Counted from the stretch's first letter, positions 29,249 to 38,977 are shown. The stretch: 64,000 bases of DNA from an uncultured Eubacteriales bacterium (GCA_964397525.1 CAYNIY010000003.1:5180-69179); one strand, 5' to 3'. Numbers and translations: made by a program. Notes: generated by a model not told the origin, from the sequence alone.

Positions 29249-29881
29249 ATGACTACGGAAGCAGTTTTATTTGATCTGGATGGTACTTTGGTTGATTCAT
29301 TGCCTTTGATATTCAGGACATATCGGCAGGTTTTTGCTGATATGGGCATGCCGTGGCATGAAAGCGATGTAGAGAAAATGATTGGGTTGCCTTTGAAGGA
29401 CATCGGGAAGTATTTTACCGGGAAAGATGAGTCCAGGTTTGAGGAACTCTACCAGTTTTATTATCACCGGGATCATGATATTTTTACCAGGCTCTATCCC
29501 GGCACACTGAAGATGCTGCAAAATCTTGAGAAACACAAAATCAAGCTGGGGATTGTAACATCCAAGGGAAGGTCCGGAACTGCAAAAACTGTTGCTTTTA
29601 CCGGGCTTGATCGTTTTATGAATATAATTGTGACCGCGCATGATGTTATAAAGCATAAGCCCGATCCGGAACCCCTGTTGAACGCAATAGAATTCCTGGG
29701 GGTACAGGTTGTCAGGACCATATTTGTTGGTGACAGCAGATTTGATATTTTGACCGGACAGAATGCCGGCGCCCGTACCCTTGGTGTAACCTGGGGTTTA
29801 GAGAGCCGTGAAGAATTGGCATGCCTGCAGCCGGATGGCATGATAGACCGATGGGAAGAATTGATTGAGTTTATCAGCTGA
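29249..29881 (+). CDS. HAD-family hydrolase (PpaX-like pyrophosphatase)
   Basis: LFDLDGTLVDS, HKPDPEP, VGDSRFDI. Confidence 0.88.
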   Translation: MTTEAVLFDLDGTLVDSLPLIFRTYRQVFADMGMPWHESDVEKMIGLPLKDIGKYFTGKDESRFEELYQFYYHRDHDIFTRLYPGTLKMLQNLEKHKIKLGIVTSKGRSGTAKTVAFTGLDRFMNIIVTAHDVIKHKPDPEPLLNAIEFLGVQVVRTIFVGDSRFDILTGQNAGARTLGVTWGLESREELACLQPDGMIDRWEELIEFIS

Positions 29882-29912
29882 TAAGCGATAATTCTCTACG
29901 GGGGCATGGACT

Positions 29913-30194
29913 TTGATAATTGGAGTTATGACGGTTGAATTGCACCTGGGGGATGCAAATTCCCTCAAGGAAAAGAGAAGGATTTTAAAAAGTTTAATTG
30001 AACGGATAAAAAACCGTTTTAATGTTTCTGTGGCTGAGGTTGCACAACAGGATCTTTGGCAGAGATCAACTCTTGGTATTTCTATTGTCAGCTGTGATCA
30101 GGCCTTCGTGCACAAGGTATTAGCCGCTGTAATTAAATTTATCGAAGCACAGGGCACAGTATTGATCACAAACTATCAAACAGAAATTTTATAG
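29913..30194 (+). CDS. DUF503 (YlxP-like) protein
   Basis: SLKEKRRILKSLIERIKNRFNVSVAEV...DLWQR. Confidence 0.92.
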   Translation: MIIGVMTVELHLGDANSLKEKRRILKSLIERIKNRFNVSVAEVAQQDLWQRSTLGISIVSCDQAFVHKVLAAVIKFIEAQGTVLITNYQTEIL

Positions 30195-30298
30195 ATTTGA
30201 TTGATATATTTACGAGCAAAGCAGGTTAGCTTTTGTTACAATTAATTTATGAAAAAGCTGAACCTTTATAGTATATAAAATTAAGGAGGTATGAAAAA

Positions 30299-30817
30299 AT
30301 GAGTGAAGATCTGGTCCAAAAGGCAAAAGACAACGCCAAACAGAACTTTAAAGACGGACTCAACTGCTCGGAATCTGTGTACAAAGCTGTTATTGACACC
30401 GGGGTTGCTGACATCAGCCCAGAAACCGTGTCCCTGGCTACCGGATTCGGCGGCGGCCTGGGCCTTTCCGGAAACAACTGCGGCGCCCTGATCGGGGCCA
30501 TTATGGCAGTGGGCGCTGTACATGGGCGGCGCAACCCGCTGGAGGGCGAATTTAAAGACAGGGTTGACAGGCTTTACGGTAATCCGGGACTGTACCGCTT
30601 ATTTAACGGGATGGCCCACGAATTTAAAGAAAAATTTGGCGCGCTGGACTGCGGGAAACTCAATGAAGCATACCCGGAATGGTTCGACAAAGACAGGGCC
30701 AGGGGCTGTATGAAGATGGTGATCTACGCGGCAGGCATGGCTATGGAATATATACTTAAGGGAGAAAAAGAAGGTTATACACAGGCCTTTGGTTTCAACA
30801 TGGCCGGCAGGAAATAG
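30299..30817 (+). CDS. C-GCAxxG-C-C family (putative redox-active) protein
   Basis: NCSESV, GFGGGLG...CGALIG, GALDC, GCMKMV. Confidence 0.85.
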   Translation: MSEDLVQKAKDNAKQNFKDGLNCSESVYKAVIDTGVADISPETVSLATGFGGGLGLSGNNCGALIGAIMAVGAVHGRRNPLEGEFKDRVDRLYGNPGLYRLFNGMAHEFKEKFGALDCGKLNEAYPEWFDKDRARGCMKMVIYAAGMAMEYILKGEKEGYTQAFGFNMAGRK

Positions 30818-30911
30818 CGGCCCAGCGAAGATATTGTTCAATTAATAATGAATTTGTTGATATTTGTGCTGCCATTATAAGCTAATACTGAACTCCCGGG
30901 GAGGATATTTC

Positions 30912-32831
30912 TTGAAAAAATACCTTTACATCGGCAGCCTTTTTGTGCTGCTAATTTTGGTTGTTTTGTTTGTATTACAACGGACACGTCCTGCGGCCTT
31001 TCCTATTTACCAGGATGGAGCATCCTGGGAGAGTAAGAGGAAAATGGCGCTAATCCGCTTGGAGGATGTCAGTCCCGGTATATACAATACCAGGGAAAGC
31101 CTGGATAAGCTTGAAGCCATAGCAAACTATTTATATGACGAGGGAGTCCCGTTTCAAGTTTCAGTCATCCCGGTTTATAAAGATCCCGGCAATAACATAG
31201 ATGTAAGCATCGGTGACACAGACAATCCCCAGGTTCAGGATTTTATCAAGACAATCAAGTACATGCGGGATAAGGGCGGCAAAATAGGCCTGCACGGTTA
31301 TACTCACCAGTATCTCAAAGAGGTTACCGGCGCCGGGTACGAATTCAAGGAAAGCGGGACACTCGTATATGCCCAGCCAGCTTATGCCGAAGAAAGGACC
31401 AGGCAGGCGTTGGAGGTGATGGACAAGGTTGGTATCCCAGTTGATTACTGGGAAACTCCTCATTATACTGCCACGCAGGAGCAGTACCGGGTTTTCAGCA
31501 AATACTTTGGGTTGATCTATGACCCCAACCCGTTAGACAAAAAATTCAAAAACATGAGCTCCTGGGACAGCACCGGTACTGACAATGAATGTGCTATTTT
31601 TGTACCTGCTCCGCTGCTGAATATAAATGACGATAAAGATGTAAATAGGATTTTCAGCCAGCTGGATAAAAATGATCCGGTAATGTTGGCTAGTTTCTTT
31701 TTCCATCCTTACCAGGAGTTTAAGTCCATGTACAGAGTGAGAGCGGAAGAGGGTTATTATTTCTACGCGCATGAAACTGATTCGTACCTGCACAGGCTGA
31801 TTGAAGGGTTCAAAGAAAGAGGTTACAGGTTTGTCTCAGTTTTTGATCTGATTGATTTTTTGCCGGCCCAGAGGATTACCAGTATTTCTGCTTTTAATGA
31901 CGGAAAAATACTGACCGGGGATGTTGACGGTGACGGACGCAGTGACTTTATAGCGGGTGAATCAGCTTCAGGGCGCTGGGTTGTTGCCAAAAGTGAGATC
32001 GAGCAATTACTGCCAAGAAACAAACCTCAGTCATTTCGAGAGCCTGAGGAATGGCTCAACAACTGGGGCCAGAATGGCACAAAAGATTTTGTCGCTGGTG
32101 ATTGTAACGGTGATGGGAAAATGGATTTACTTTACAGGGACAGCGCTACTGGAGAGATTCAGGTCGCCTTGAGCGATGGCAGTAAATTCATAACCCAGGA
32201 GCAGCCATGGGGCAGTTTTGATATTTCAAATGGAGCGGTAGGGATTTTCACAGGCTATTTTAATAGAGACAATAAAGAAGACCTGTTGTTTTGGATTCAA
32301 AGTGAAGGTACAGCCTATGTTGCCCTTAGCAGCGGCAGCGGTTTTTCTCCAGCCAAAGTATGGCTGGAGAATTGGCAGAACATCGCCGGCTCATTGATCC
32401 TCACCGGTGATTTCAGCGGGGATGGGAAAACAGACCTGGCAGCCTTTGACAAAAACAACGGTGCCTTAAAGTTGGCTTTAAATATTAATTCAGGCTTTGA
32501 TCCAGCTGCGGGTGAAGACGGCCAGCCAGTGAATTTTGTTACCGGTGAAAGGTGGCAGGTATTGTCCGGAGATTTTACCGGAGACGGCGTTGATGATATA
32601 TTGGCTTATGATTGCACCGAAGGCAAATGGGAGTTTATCCTCTCAAAAGATAGGTATTTTTACAGGGAAGGCTGGCCATTTGTATATTGTAAAGATGCGG
32701 CAGGAGAAGCCATTGTCGGTGATTTTAACGGCGACAAGAAATATGACCTGGCAGTGGCGCGCCATTTCACAGACAGCCTGACTTCTGTTGACATTGCTGT
32801 TTCAGTAATAAACAGCAATAATGCTCCTTAA
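30912..32831 (+). CDS. membrane-anchored DUF2334/polysaccharide deacetylase-like domain + FG-GAP/VCBS repeats
   Basis: N-terminal TM; IRLEDVSP, LHGYTHQ, WETPHY, FFFHP; repeats GDVDGDGRSD, GDCNGDGKMD, GDFSGDGKTD, GDFTGDGVDD, GDFNGDKKYD. Confidence 0.8.
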   Translation: MKKYLYIGSLFVLLILVVLFVLQRTRPAAFPIYQDGASWESKRKMALIRLEDVSPGIYNTRESLDKLEAIANYLYDEGVPFQVSVIPVYKDPGNNIDVSIGDTDNPQVQDFIKTIKYMRDKGGKIGLHGYTHQYLKEVTGAGYEFKESGTLVYAQPAYAEERTRQALEVMDKVGIPVDYWETPHYTATQEQYRVFSKYFGLIYDPNPLDKKFKNMSSWDSTGTDNECAIFVPAPLLNINDDKDVNRIFSQLDKNDPVMLASFFFHPYQEFKSMYRVRAEEGYYFYAHETDSYLHRLIEGFKERGYRFVSVFDLIDFLPAQRITSISAFNDGKILTGDVDGDGRSDFIAGESASGRWVVAKSEIEQLLPRNKPQSFREPEEWLNNWGQNGTKDFVAGDCNGDGKMDLLYRDSATGEIQVALSDGSKFITQEQPWGSFDISNGAVGIFTGYFNRDNKEDLLFWIQSEGTAYVALSSGSGFSPAKVWLENWQNIAGSLILTGDFSGDGKTDLAAFDKNNGALKLALNINSGFDPAAGEDGQPVNFVTGERWQVLSGDFTGDGVDDILAYDCTEGKWEFILSKDRYFYREGWPFVYCKDAAGEAIVGDFNGDKKYDLAVARHFTDSLTSVDIAVSVINSNNAP

Positions 32832-32871
32832 AGATAATTATCATTAATTATGTAGAAAAGGTGATGGAAAA

Positions 32872-33186
32872 TTGAAAAAATTAGTGTTTGATGACTTCAG
32901 AGAACATTTTTTAGAGTGTCTGTCTCGTGAAATCGAGTTTGATCAAAGTGTTTGCAGCGAGAAAAACTGGACTGACACTGGAGATCTGAAAATCAGGAGG
33001 AAAGTTATGGAAGCATTAAACAAAGAATTAAAAAAGAAGTACGACATGGAATTTGAAATCAACCAAAGGCTCTTATCAGTTGCAGGACCCGTGGAGAGCG
33101 CCATAATCCAGGCTTACCACGAGTTAAGCACAATAAATATAATGAAAAGGATAAACGCCAAAATAATTGCCAGACGGAGCAACTGA
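32872..33186 (+). CDS. hypothetical protein
   Basis: 104-aa ORF with GGTG/GGA RBS; no family recognised. Confidence 0.7.
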   Translation: MKKLVFDDFREHFLECLSREIEFDQSVCSEKNWTDTGDLKIRRKVMEALNKELKKKYDMEFEINQRLLSVAGPVESAIIQAYHELSTINIMKRINAKIIARRSN

Positions 33187-33283
33187 TAAAAAGCAGAAGT
33201 TATTAGATAATTGAAAATATTTTTTAAAAATTGTAAAATTTTTAAAGCAATTTTTAAAATAGTGTTGTATAATAGTTTTTAAG

Positions 33284-33445
33284 AGGTTTGGTGAAGACCT
33301 ATTTGCCGGGTCTGCATTAAAGTAACCGCCTCTAGTAAATGGTTTTTGGGGGTATAGTTAAACCGGCGAGGCCGGTGCTACTCACTGAAACAGATGTTTC
33401 AGCGGTGTGTACCGTGTCAGAGTGCTGATTTTTCTGTAGATCCCG
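33284..33445 (+). other. candidate structured 5' leader RNA of the OFA transporter
   Basis: Three hairpins plus a long-range 10-bp closing helix downstream of a TATAAT at 33268; no known riboswitch consensus recognised. Confidence 0.35.
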
Positions 33446-33580
33446 AAGACTATTTTTATTTTTGGCAGGAAAGAGGTGATGAGTGCAAAATATAATTCGG
33501 AATAATTCTTATACTTAATGTTTTTGTATCAGCAAGATCAATTATGAGCATAACTAATAAAAATGAAAGGACGTGAACTT

Positions 33581-34870
33581 ATGCCTAGATGGGTACCTGT
33601 ATTAGGAGGGTTTTTAGGCAGCACTACCTGCGGTTTGCTGCTGTATGCATTCAGCGTATTCATTAAGCCCCTGCGGACAGAATTCGGCTGGACGGCTACC
33701 CAGGTTGGTTTGGCCTACGCTATTGTTGTTCTGGTATTTGGACTGATGACATTTCCCGCCGGCAAACTGAGTGACAAGTTTGGGCCCAGGCCGGTTGTGG
33801 TTATCGGGGGAGCCATCCTTGGTATCGGCTTCTACATGGTATCAACCTTAAAAGGACCGGAAGATTTAAGCAAATTATATCTGTACTATGGCCTTATCGC
33901 TGGTTTTGGAGGCGGGATGGTTTACCTGCCGCCAATTGCTACCGCACCCAAATGGTGGCCCGACCGTCGGGCCCTGGCCACCGGCCTCTCGGTGGTTGGT
34001 CTCGGATTGGGTTCGTTCATCATGGGCCCGTTGGCGACATCCATGATTAACAACCCGGCTATCGGCAACGGCAGCGCGCTGCCGGTGTTCAAGTATGTAG
34101 GTATGGCGATGTTTGTTATGGCTATCGTCGCTGGTCTGTGCCTGTCTAATCCGCCGGCCGGCTACAAGCCGCCCGGTTGGAACCCGCCCGCGCCGAAGGC
34201 TGGCGCACCCAAAACGGGCAGGGACTTTACCTTCGGGGAGACAGTCAAGTCTATTCAGTTCTGGCTGCTTTACGCAGCGTATTTCTGCGGTTCATTTGCC
34301 GGCCTAATGGTTATCGGTGTTATGGCCGCCCACGGCATCAATGAGATGACTAAAGAAGCGGCTGCCCTTGCCGGGGTGGCTGTTAAGGAACTTCCGGCGG
34401 ATGTTACGAAGGGCATTGCCATGCAGGCCGCCATTGCGACCAGCTCACTAAACGGAGCCAACGCTCTGGTGCGGGTTCTGATTGGAGCTATTGCCGATAA
34501 GACGGGCACGAGAATCTGCTTCCTGGTCACCTTTATCCTGCAGGTTGTGGCCATGCTGGTATTGTTCCCGGTAGGAAAAACTCTTCTCCTGCTCTGCATT
34601 GTGGCAATCATCATCGGCTGGAACTACGGCGCCATGTTTACCCTGTTCCCGGCTACCTGCATGCAGTACTTCGGTCCGACAAACCAGGGTATCAACTACG
34701 GTCTGCTGTTCACCTCCTGGGGCATAGCCGGCTTTATATCGAACCTGCTGGCTGGCAGAATGTTCGATATGTTTGGCACATACTCCATGTCGTTTATTAT
34801 CGGTGCTGTTTTCGTCGGCATTGGTGTATTCTGCTTGTTAATCAGTAAAAAACCGGCAATTATGGAGTAA
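33581..34870 (+). CDS. OFA-family MFS transporter (oxalate/formate antiporter-like)
   Basis: About 12 TM; GKLSDKFGPR, KWWPDRRALATG, NYGLLFTSWG; alternative start 33563. Confidence 0.9.
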   Translation: MPRWVPVLGGFLGSTTCGLLLYAFSVFIKPLRTEFGWTATQVGLAYAIVVLVFGLMTFPAGKLSDKFGPRPVVVIGGAILGIGFYMVSTLKGPEDLSKLYLYYGLIAGFGGGMVYLPPIATAPKWWPDRRALATGLSVVGLGLGSFIMGPLATSMINNPAIGNGSALPVFKYVGMAMFVMAIVAGLCLSNPPAGYKPPGWNPPAPKAGAPKTGRDFTFGETVKSIQFWLLYAAYFCGSFAGLMVIGVMAAHGINEMTKEAAALAGVAVKELPADVTKGIAMQAAIATSSLNGANALVRVLIGAIADKTGTRICFLVTFILQVVAMLVLFPVGKTLLLLCIVAIIIGWNYGAMFTLFPATCMQYFGPTNQGINYGLLFTSWGIAGFISNLLAGRMFDMFGTYSMSFIIGAVFVGIGVFCLLISKKPAIME

Positions 34871-34903
34871 TAACGTTTAACGAAAATATCAGTTCGTTTT
34901 TCA

Positions 34904-34938
34904 AAAAGGAGCACCCTGCATCGCAGGGTGCTCCTTTT
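34904..34938. terminator. bidirectional intrinsic terminator
   Basis: AAAAGGAGCACCCTGC-atc-GCAGGGTGCTCCTTTT. Confidence 0.88.
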
Positions 34939-34966
34939 ACATGAATAAAAATGTTAGGGTTAAAGG

Positions 34967-35311
34967 TTATTTAAAAATTTTTTCATAACAGGTACGGCAG
35001 ACATAGAAGCCAACAGAACTGCGGCAAATAATCAGTTCCTCAAATTCTTCGCCGGGCTTCCACTGGATACATTCCGGGCAGCGTTCCAGTTCATTTTCAT
35101 TCCACTGGCTGCCGCATGAAAAACAAGAGAATTGATTAACCGTGCTGATGCCTGCTTCGCCAGGTAATGCCAGCGATTGACTGCCGCATTTTGGACATTC
35201 ATATAGTGGCACTATAACCTCATATCCACATAAATTGCAGAAGAATTTGCCATCCGCTGCTATATGCCATTCACGGCGGCAGCGGGGGCATTCAAAAGCT
35301 GGGCTGCTCAT
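34967..35311 (-). CDS. small protein with six CxxC motifs (multi zinc ribbon)
   Basis: GGAGG upstream of ATG 35311; CPRC, CNLC, CPKC, CFSC, CPEC, CRTC. Confidence 0.7.
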   Translation of the reverse strand: MSSPAFECPRCRREWHIAADGKFFCNLCGYEVIVPLYECPKCGSQSLALPGEAGISTVNQFSCFSCGSQWNENELERCPECIQWKPGEEFEELIICRSSVGFYVCRTCYEKIFK

Positions 35312-35446
35312 CTGGGTCGACCTCCATCTGCACGGATTTTGCGATTTACTTATGATGCTTTGTTTAAATAATATATGCACACAGCCAGTCATGCAACCTC
35401 TCTTTTAAAGAAGCTTGAAAAACAAAATGATTCAACTAAAAAATGC

Positions 35447-35490
35447 AAAAAAAACGCGCCTTTTGCTAAGGCGCGGATGAGCAGGGGGTA
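35447..35490 (-). repeat. 44-bp element (copy A) including a terminator hairpin, downstream of CoA-transferase beta
   Basis: Minus strand TACCCCCTGCTCATCCGCGCCTTAGCAAAAGGCGCGTTTTTTTT; 38/44 identical to 39876-39919. Confidence 0.8.
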
Positions 35491-35532
35491 AAAATTGCAT
35501 TAGAATATTTATTAAATAATATTCCTTTAATT

Positions 35533-36348
35533 TTATTCTTTTATTTTCTTTCTCACGAAATAGCCCTTGGGATCGATGACTTCCCGGATCAGCCGGACTT
35601 CTTCAACTGTGGGCGGTTCAAAAGCATACACATCATCAGGGATAATCAGTTCGAACCCGGTCGCTTCCTGGACGCTCTTGATGGTCTCACCAGGAAGTGT
35701 TGCGATAAGCTTCATGCGCTTGGTATCATCATCAAAGCCCATAACGGCCTTGGTAGTGATGACTCTGTATGGGCCTTGTCCGGCCATGCCGGCGCGCCAG
35801 CGGGCATTGGGGGAACCATCCAGGTAGCCGGGGCTGGTGATATAGTCAATCTTTTCGTTGAAACGCCTGGGCTCGTGCACCATAATGATAATGGTACGCT
35901 CACAAGAGCAGGCCATGTCGCTGGCGCCGCCGCTGCCTGGAAGACGGGTCTTTGGCTTCTGGTAGCCTTCCGGGAAAGAACCCATCATGGTTGAATTCAG
36001 GTTGCCGTAGGGGTCAATCTCTGCGCCGCCTATAAACCCGAAGTCGCAAAAACCGCGCTGGGTCAGTTCAAAAGCAGAGTTAAGCCCGAGCAGGTAGTTG
36101 GCCTTAAAAGTAGTCCTGGAGCCGCCTACTGAAAGAGGCAGGCCGCGGGAGAGTTCTGGCCCTACAGCGCCTGCTTCAAACACCGGGACGATACCGGGTC
36201 CGTGTGTCAGCTGGGCCAGGGTGATTGCCACCATGGGCAGGCCTGTTCCAGCAAACACCACTTTATTGTCGATCAGGGTCCTGGACCCTGCCACAACGAT
36301 CATTTCTTGGGGAGTAAAGTCTTCCGAATATTTTGCCACTTTTTCCAC
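35533..36348 (-). CDS. family I CoA-transferase beta subunit (GctB-like)
   Basis: VFAGTGLP, FEAG (catalytic Glu position), GGAEIDPYGNLN, RLPGSGGA. Confidence 0.92.
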   Translation of the reverse strand: MEKVAKYSEDFTPQEMIVVAGSRTLIDNKVVFAGTGLPMVAITLAQLTHGPGIVPVFEAGAVGPELSRGLPLSVGGSRTTFKANYLLGLNSAFELTQRGFCDFGFIGGAEIDPYGNLNSTMMGSFPEGYQKPKTRLPGSGGASDMACSCERTIIIMVHEPRRFNEKIDYITSPGYLDGSPNARWRAGMAGQGPYRVITTKAVMGFDDDTKRMKLIATLPGETIKSVQEATGFELIIPDDVYAFEPPTVEEVRLIREVIDPKGYFVRKKIKE

Positions 36349-36351
36349 CTC

Positions 36352-37371
36352 CTAACTTCCTAATACCGTGTAGGCTGCGTCAAGCCGAATGCCAGGCTCG
36401 AGTTTCTCTACATACTGAATTTGGCTCAGCGGGATCTTGTTGATGAACTCAGTTGTGTTTTCCACGCCGAAAATGTATTTGTCATAATATTCCTGGAGCG
36501 GAGCACGGTCACCTTTACGGAATTTCTCACAGGCACCCCTGAACTCGGGGATGTGTTTTTCGTCATAGTAGTAAAGACCGCCGCTGTTGCCCGGGTATGC
36601 CCCATAAGGCACTTCAATAACTGCATCTACTGAGAAGTAGGGGATGCTGATCCGGTTCGGGTAGCGGGTCATGTCATCATGCTCAATCAGGCGGTCACAG
36701 GTAACAATGGTGTGCGCAGCAGCCATGGATATTTCAGGGCAGGTAAAGAGTGGTCCCTGAATCCGGCAGTTGCCGTAAATGTCTGCTTCCTGGACATGAA
36801 CGAGCGCGACGTTCGGGTGGGAGGCTGGCAGAAGCATGATCGGCCTGTTCGTAAACGGGCAGTCTTGAACTACAGCCCGGTTAGTCTTGAGCATGTCGCT
36901 GCCCATTGGGCTGCGGCAGGGGATAAAAGGCAGCCCCATGGAACCTGCTTTGAAACGGGCGGACATGTTGTAGTTACTCCAGTCTTCAAGTTCAATCAAA
37001 GAATTCTCAGTCATGTAACGCAGCAGCGGTGAAATGCCGAATGCTTCATGAGCCATGTAGGCAAGTTCCATTCTCTTAATACTGTTTTTGCTGTCGTCCA
37101 GACACATGGCTCCAGCCAGGTATTCAGGTGCGAGGCCGGCAGACTGGTAAGAAAGTGTTAAGTTTTTTCTCCCCTGCCTGATGATCTCGTGCACGATGGC
37201 TATTGGCTGCCTGGCGTTAACAAATCCGGCTATGCCAAGATTGTCTCCGTCTTTGACGTACTTTTGGACTGCCTCTTTCAGGCTTATTCTTTTGTCTCTT
37301 TTTGACTTGTCCTTGTTTGCCAGAAACTGCCTGGCTTCATCGGGTGATAGGCCTGTCCAGTACATATTCAC
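36352..37371 (-). CDS. family I CoA-transferase alpha subunit (GctA-like)
   Basis: AVQKYVKDGD, ARFKAGSMGLPFIP, HPNVALVHVQEADIYGN, VDAVIEVPYGAYP. Confidence 0.92.
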   Translation of the reverse strand: MNMYWTGLSPDEARQFLANKDKSKRDKRISLKEAVQKYVKDGDNLGIAGFVNARQPIAIVHEIIRQGRKNLTLSYQSAGLAPEYLAGAMCLDDSKNSIKRMELAYMAHEAFGISPLLRYMTENSLIELEDWSNYNMSARFKAGSMGLPFIPCRSPMGSDMLKTNRAVVQDCPFTNRPIMLLPASHPNVALVHVQEADIYGNCRIQGPLFTCPEISMAAAHTIVTCDRLIEHDDMTRYPNRISIPYFSVDAVIEVPYGAYPGNSGGLYYYDEKHIPEFRGACEKFRKGDRAPLQEYYDKYIFGVENTTEFINKIPLSQIQYVEKLEPGIRLDAAYTVLGS

Positions 37372-37488
37372 TCTCCTTTTCCTTCGATAGAAAATTTTTT
37401 CTTTCTCTGTAAAATCATAACCCCCTTAAAAACTAATTCTATTTTACACACAAATTCTATTCTATTGTTCAAAAGATACATATATATT

Positions 37489-37506
37489 GTACGAAAGTAC
37501 TAGTAC
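37489..37506. promoter_or_regulatory. candidate regulator box 1 in the divergent promoter region
   Basis: GTACGAAAGTACTAGTAC, 14/18 identical to 37664-37681. Confidence 0.4.
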
Positions 37507-37663
37507 CTAACATTTATATTTAAACATTATTATTAACTAAATATTAAGAAAATTAATGAAAATTTAATATCTTAATCATTATTTTTGCTGTTATTAAAAA
37601 TTAATAAATTATGCTTATATAATTCATAAATTATGCTTTGACATATGGATACAGATGATACAT

Positions 37664-37720
37664 GTACCAAGGGACAAGTACACCCGATACATTGCTATAA
37701 ACAATAATTATAGGTAAAAT
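37664..37720 (+). promoter_or_regulatory. candidate regulator box 2 plus sigma-A promoter of the rightward CoA-transferase operon
   Basis: GTACCAAGGGACAAGTAC (37664-37681) ends 10 bp before TTGCTA-17-TAAAAT (37692-37720). Confidence 0.45.
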
Positions 37721-37872
37721 TATGGAAAATGCAGTTTTACTAATTCATATATAGCATGGGTTTCCGGACTTATTCTAATTGTTTATGAAGGTGGTGATAT
37801 TAAAAACTTCAAAATAAAGCGTCACTGCAAAAAGCAAGATGTTAAAAGAAAAACTTTTGGGGAGGTAAAAAA

Positions 37873-38934
37873 ATGATAGGCGATGTTAGTTCCAAAATTA
37901 AAAACATATCCACTCTACAGTACAAGGAGAAGAAATTTGAATACTGGGGCCCGACTCCCGATGAATCAAGGAAGTTGATGGTAAACAAGTCGCATGCCCT
38001 AAAAGATAAGACCATGCCTTTGAAAGATGCAGTTGCCAAGCATATCAAAGACGGTATTAACCTGGGCATCGGCGGTTTTGTTAATACCAGGGTTCCAGTT
38101 GCCATCGTACATGAAATAATAAGACACGGGGCAAAAGACCTAACCCTTTCGTTCCAGTCAAACTCCATCTGTCCTGAACTGCTGGCAGGAGCCATGATTG
38201 TAGATCCTGACCGTGTCTCCGTAAAGCGCGTTGAATTAGCCTGGTGGGGTTATGAAATTATCGGTATTGCCCCCCTGATTCGCTACCTGGCAACCAATGG
38301 ACTGATTGAAATGGACGACTATACGAATTACGGCATGTCCGTAAGGTTTAAAGCAGCATCTATGGGGATTCCCTTTATCCCGGTCAGGGATCACGGTGGT
38401 TCGGATATGGAATTGGTTAACCGGGGCAAAATGATTAAATGTCCATTTACCGGCAAGAACGTTTATCTGCTCCCGGCCTGCCATCCGGATGTGGGCATTG
38501 TCCACACTTCAGCCGCGGATATGTACGGCAACGCCAGGATTTTCGGGGCTTACTGCACCTGCCCGGAAATAGCCCAGGCTGCCAACGCCACGATTATGAC
38601 CACCGAGAAAGTTATCCCCTCTGAAAACATAAGGAACTATCCAAACCTGACCGAAATTCCGTTCCCAGTGGTAGACACTGTAACTGAAGTTCCATTCGGA
38701 GCTCATCCGGGAGCCAGCTACGGCAATTACTGGTTTGATATGGACCACATCAAAATGTTCAGGAGTGCTTGTGAAGACTTCCGCAAGACCGGCAGCAAGG
38801 ATGCAATGAAAAAATATTATGATGAGTATATTTTTGGCTGTGAAAACCATGATGATTTCATCGAGAAAATTGGTTACAAGACCATTAAGAAGCTTAAGGA
38901 AATGGATGGCGGCCAGCCAATCATCCTGACCTAA
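37873..38934 (+). CDS. family I CoA-transferase alpha subunit (GctA-like)
   Basis: AVAKHIKDG, VRFKAASMGIPFIP, HPDVGIVH...ADMYGN, VPFGAHP. Confidence 0.92.
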   Translation: MIGDVSSKIKNISTLQYKEKKFEYWGPTPDESRKLMVNKSHALKDKTMPLKDAVAKHIKDGINLGIGGFVNTRVPVAIVHEIIRHGAKDLTLSFQSNSICPELLAGAMIVDPDRVSVKRVELAWWGYEIIGIAPLIRYLATNGLIEMDDYTNYGMSVRFKAASMGIPFIPVRDHGGSDMELVNRGKMIKCPFTGKNVYLLPACHPDVGIVHTSAADMYGNARIFGAYCTCPEIAQAANATIMTTEKVIPSENIRNYPNLTEIPFPVVDTVTEVPFGAHPGASYGNYWFDMDHIKMFRSACEDFRKTGSKDAMKKYYDEYIFGCENHDDFIEKIGYKTIKKLKEMDGGQPIILT

Positions 38935-38977
38935 TAAATTGTTCCATAAAATAAATGTTATACAAGGAGGTAAAAAA

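Noticed and set aside
33190-33265. Rex or CodY operator upstream of the OFA leader
   Set aside because: Very AT-rich; partial matches are expected by chance
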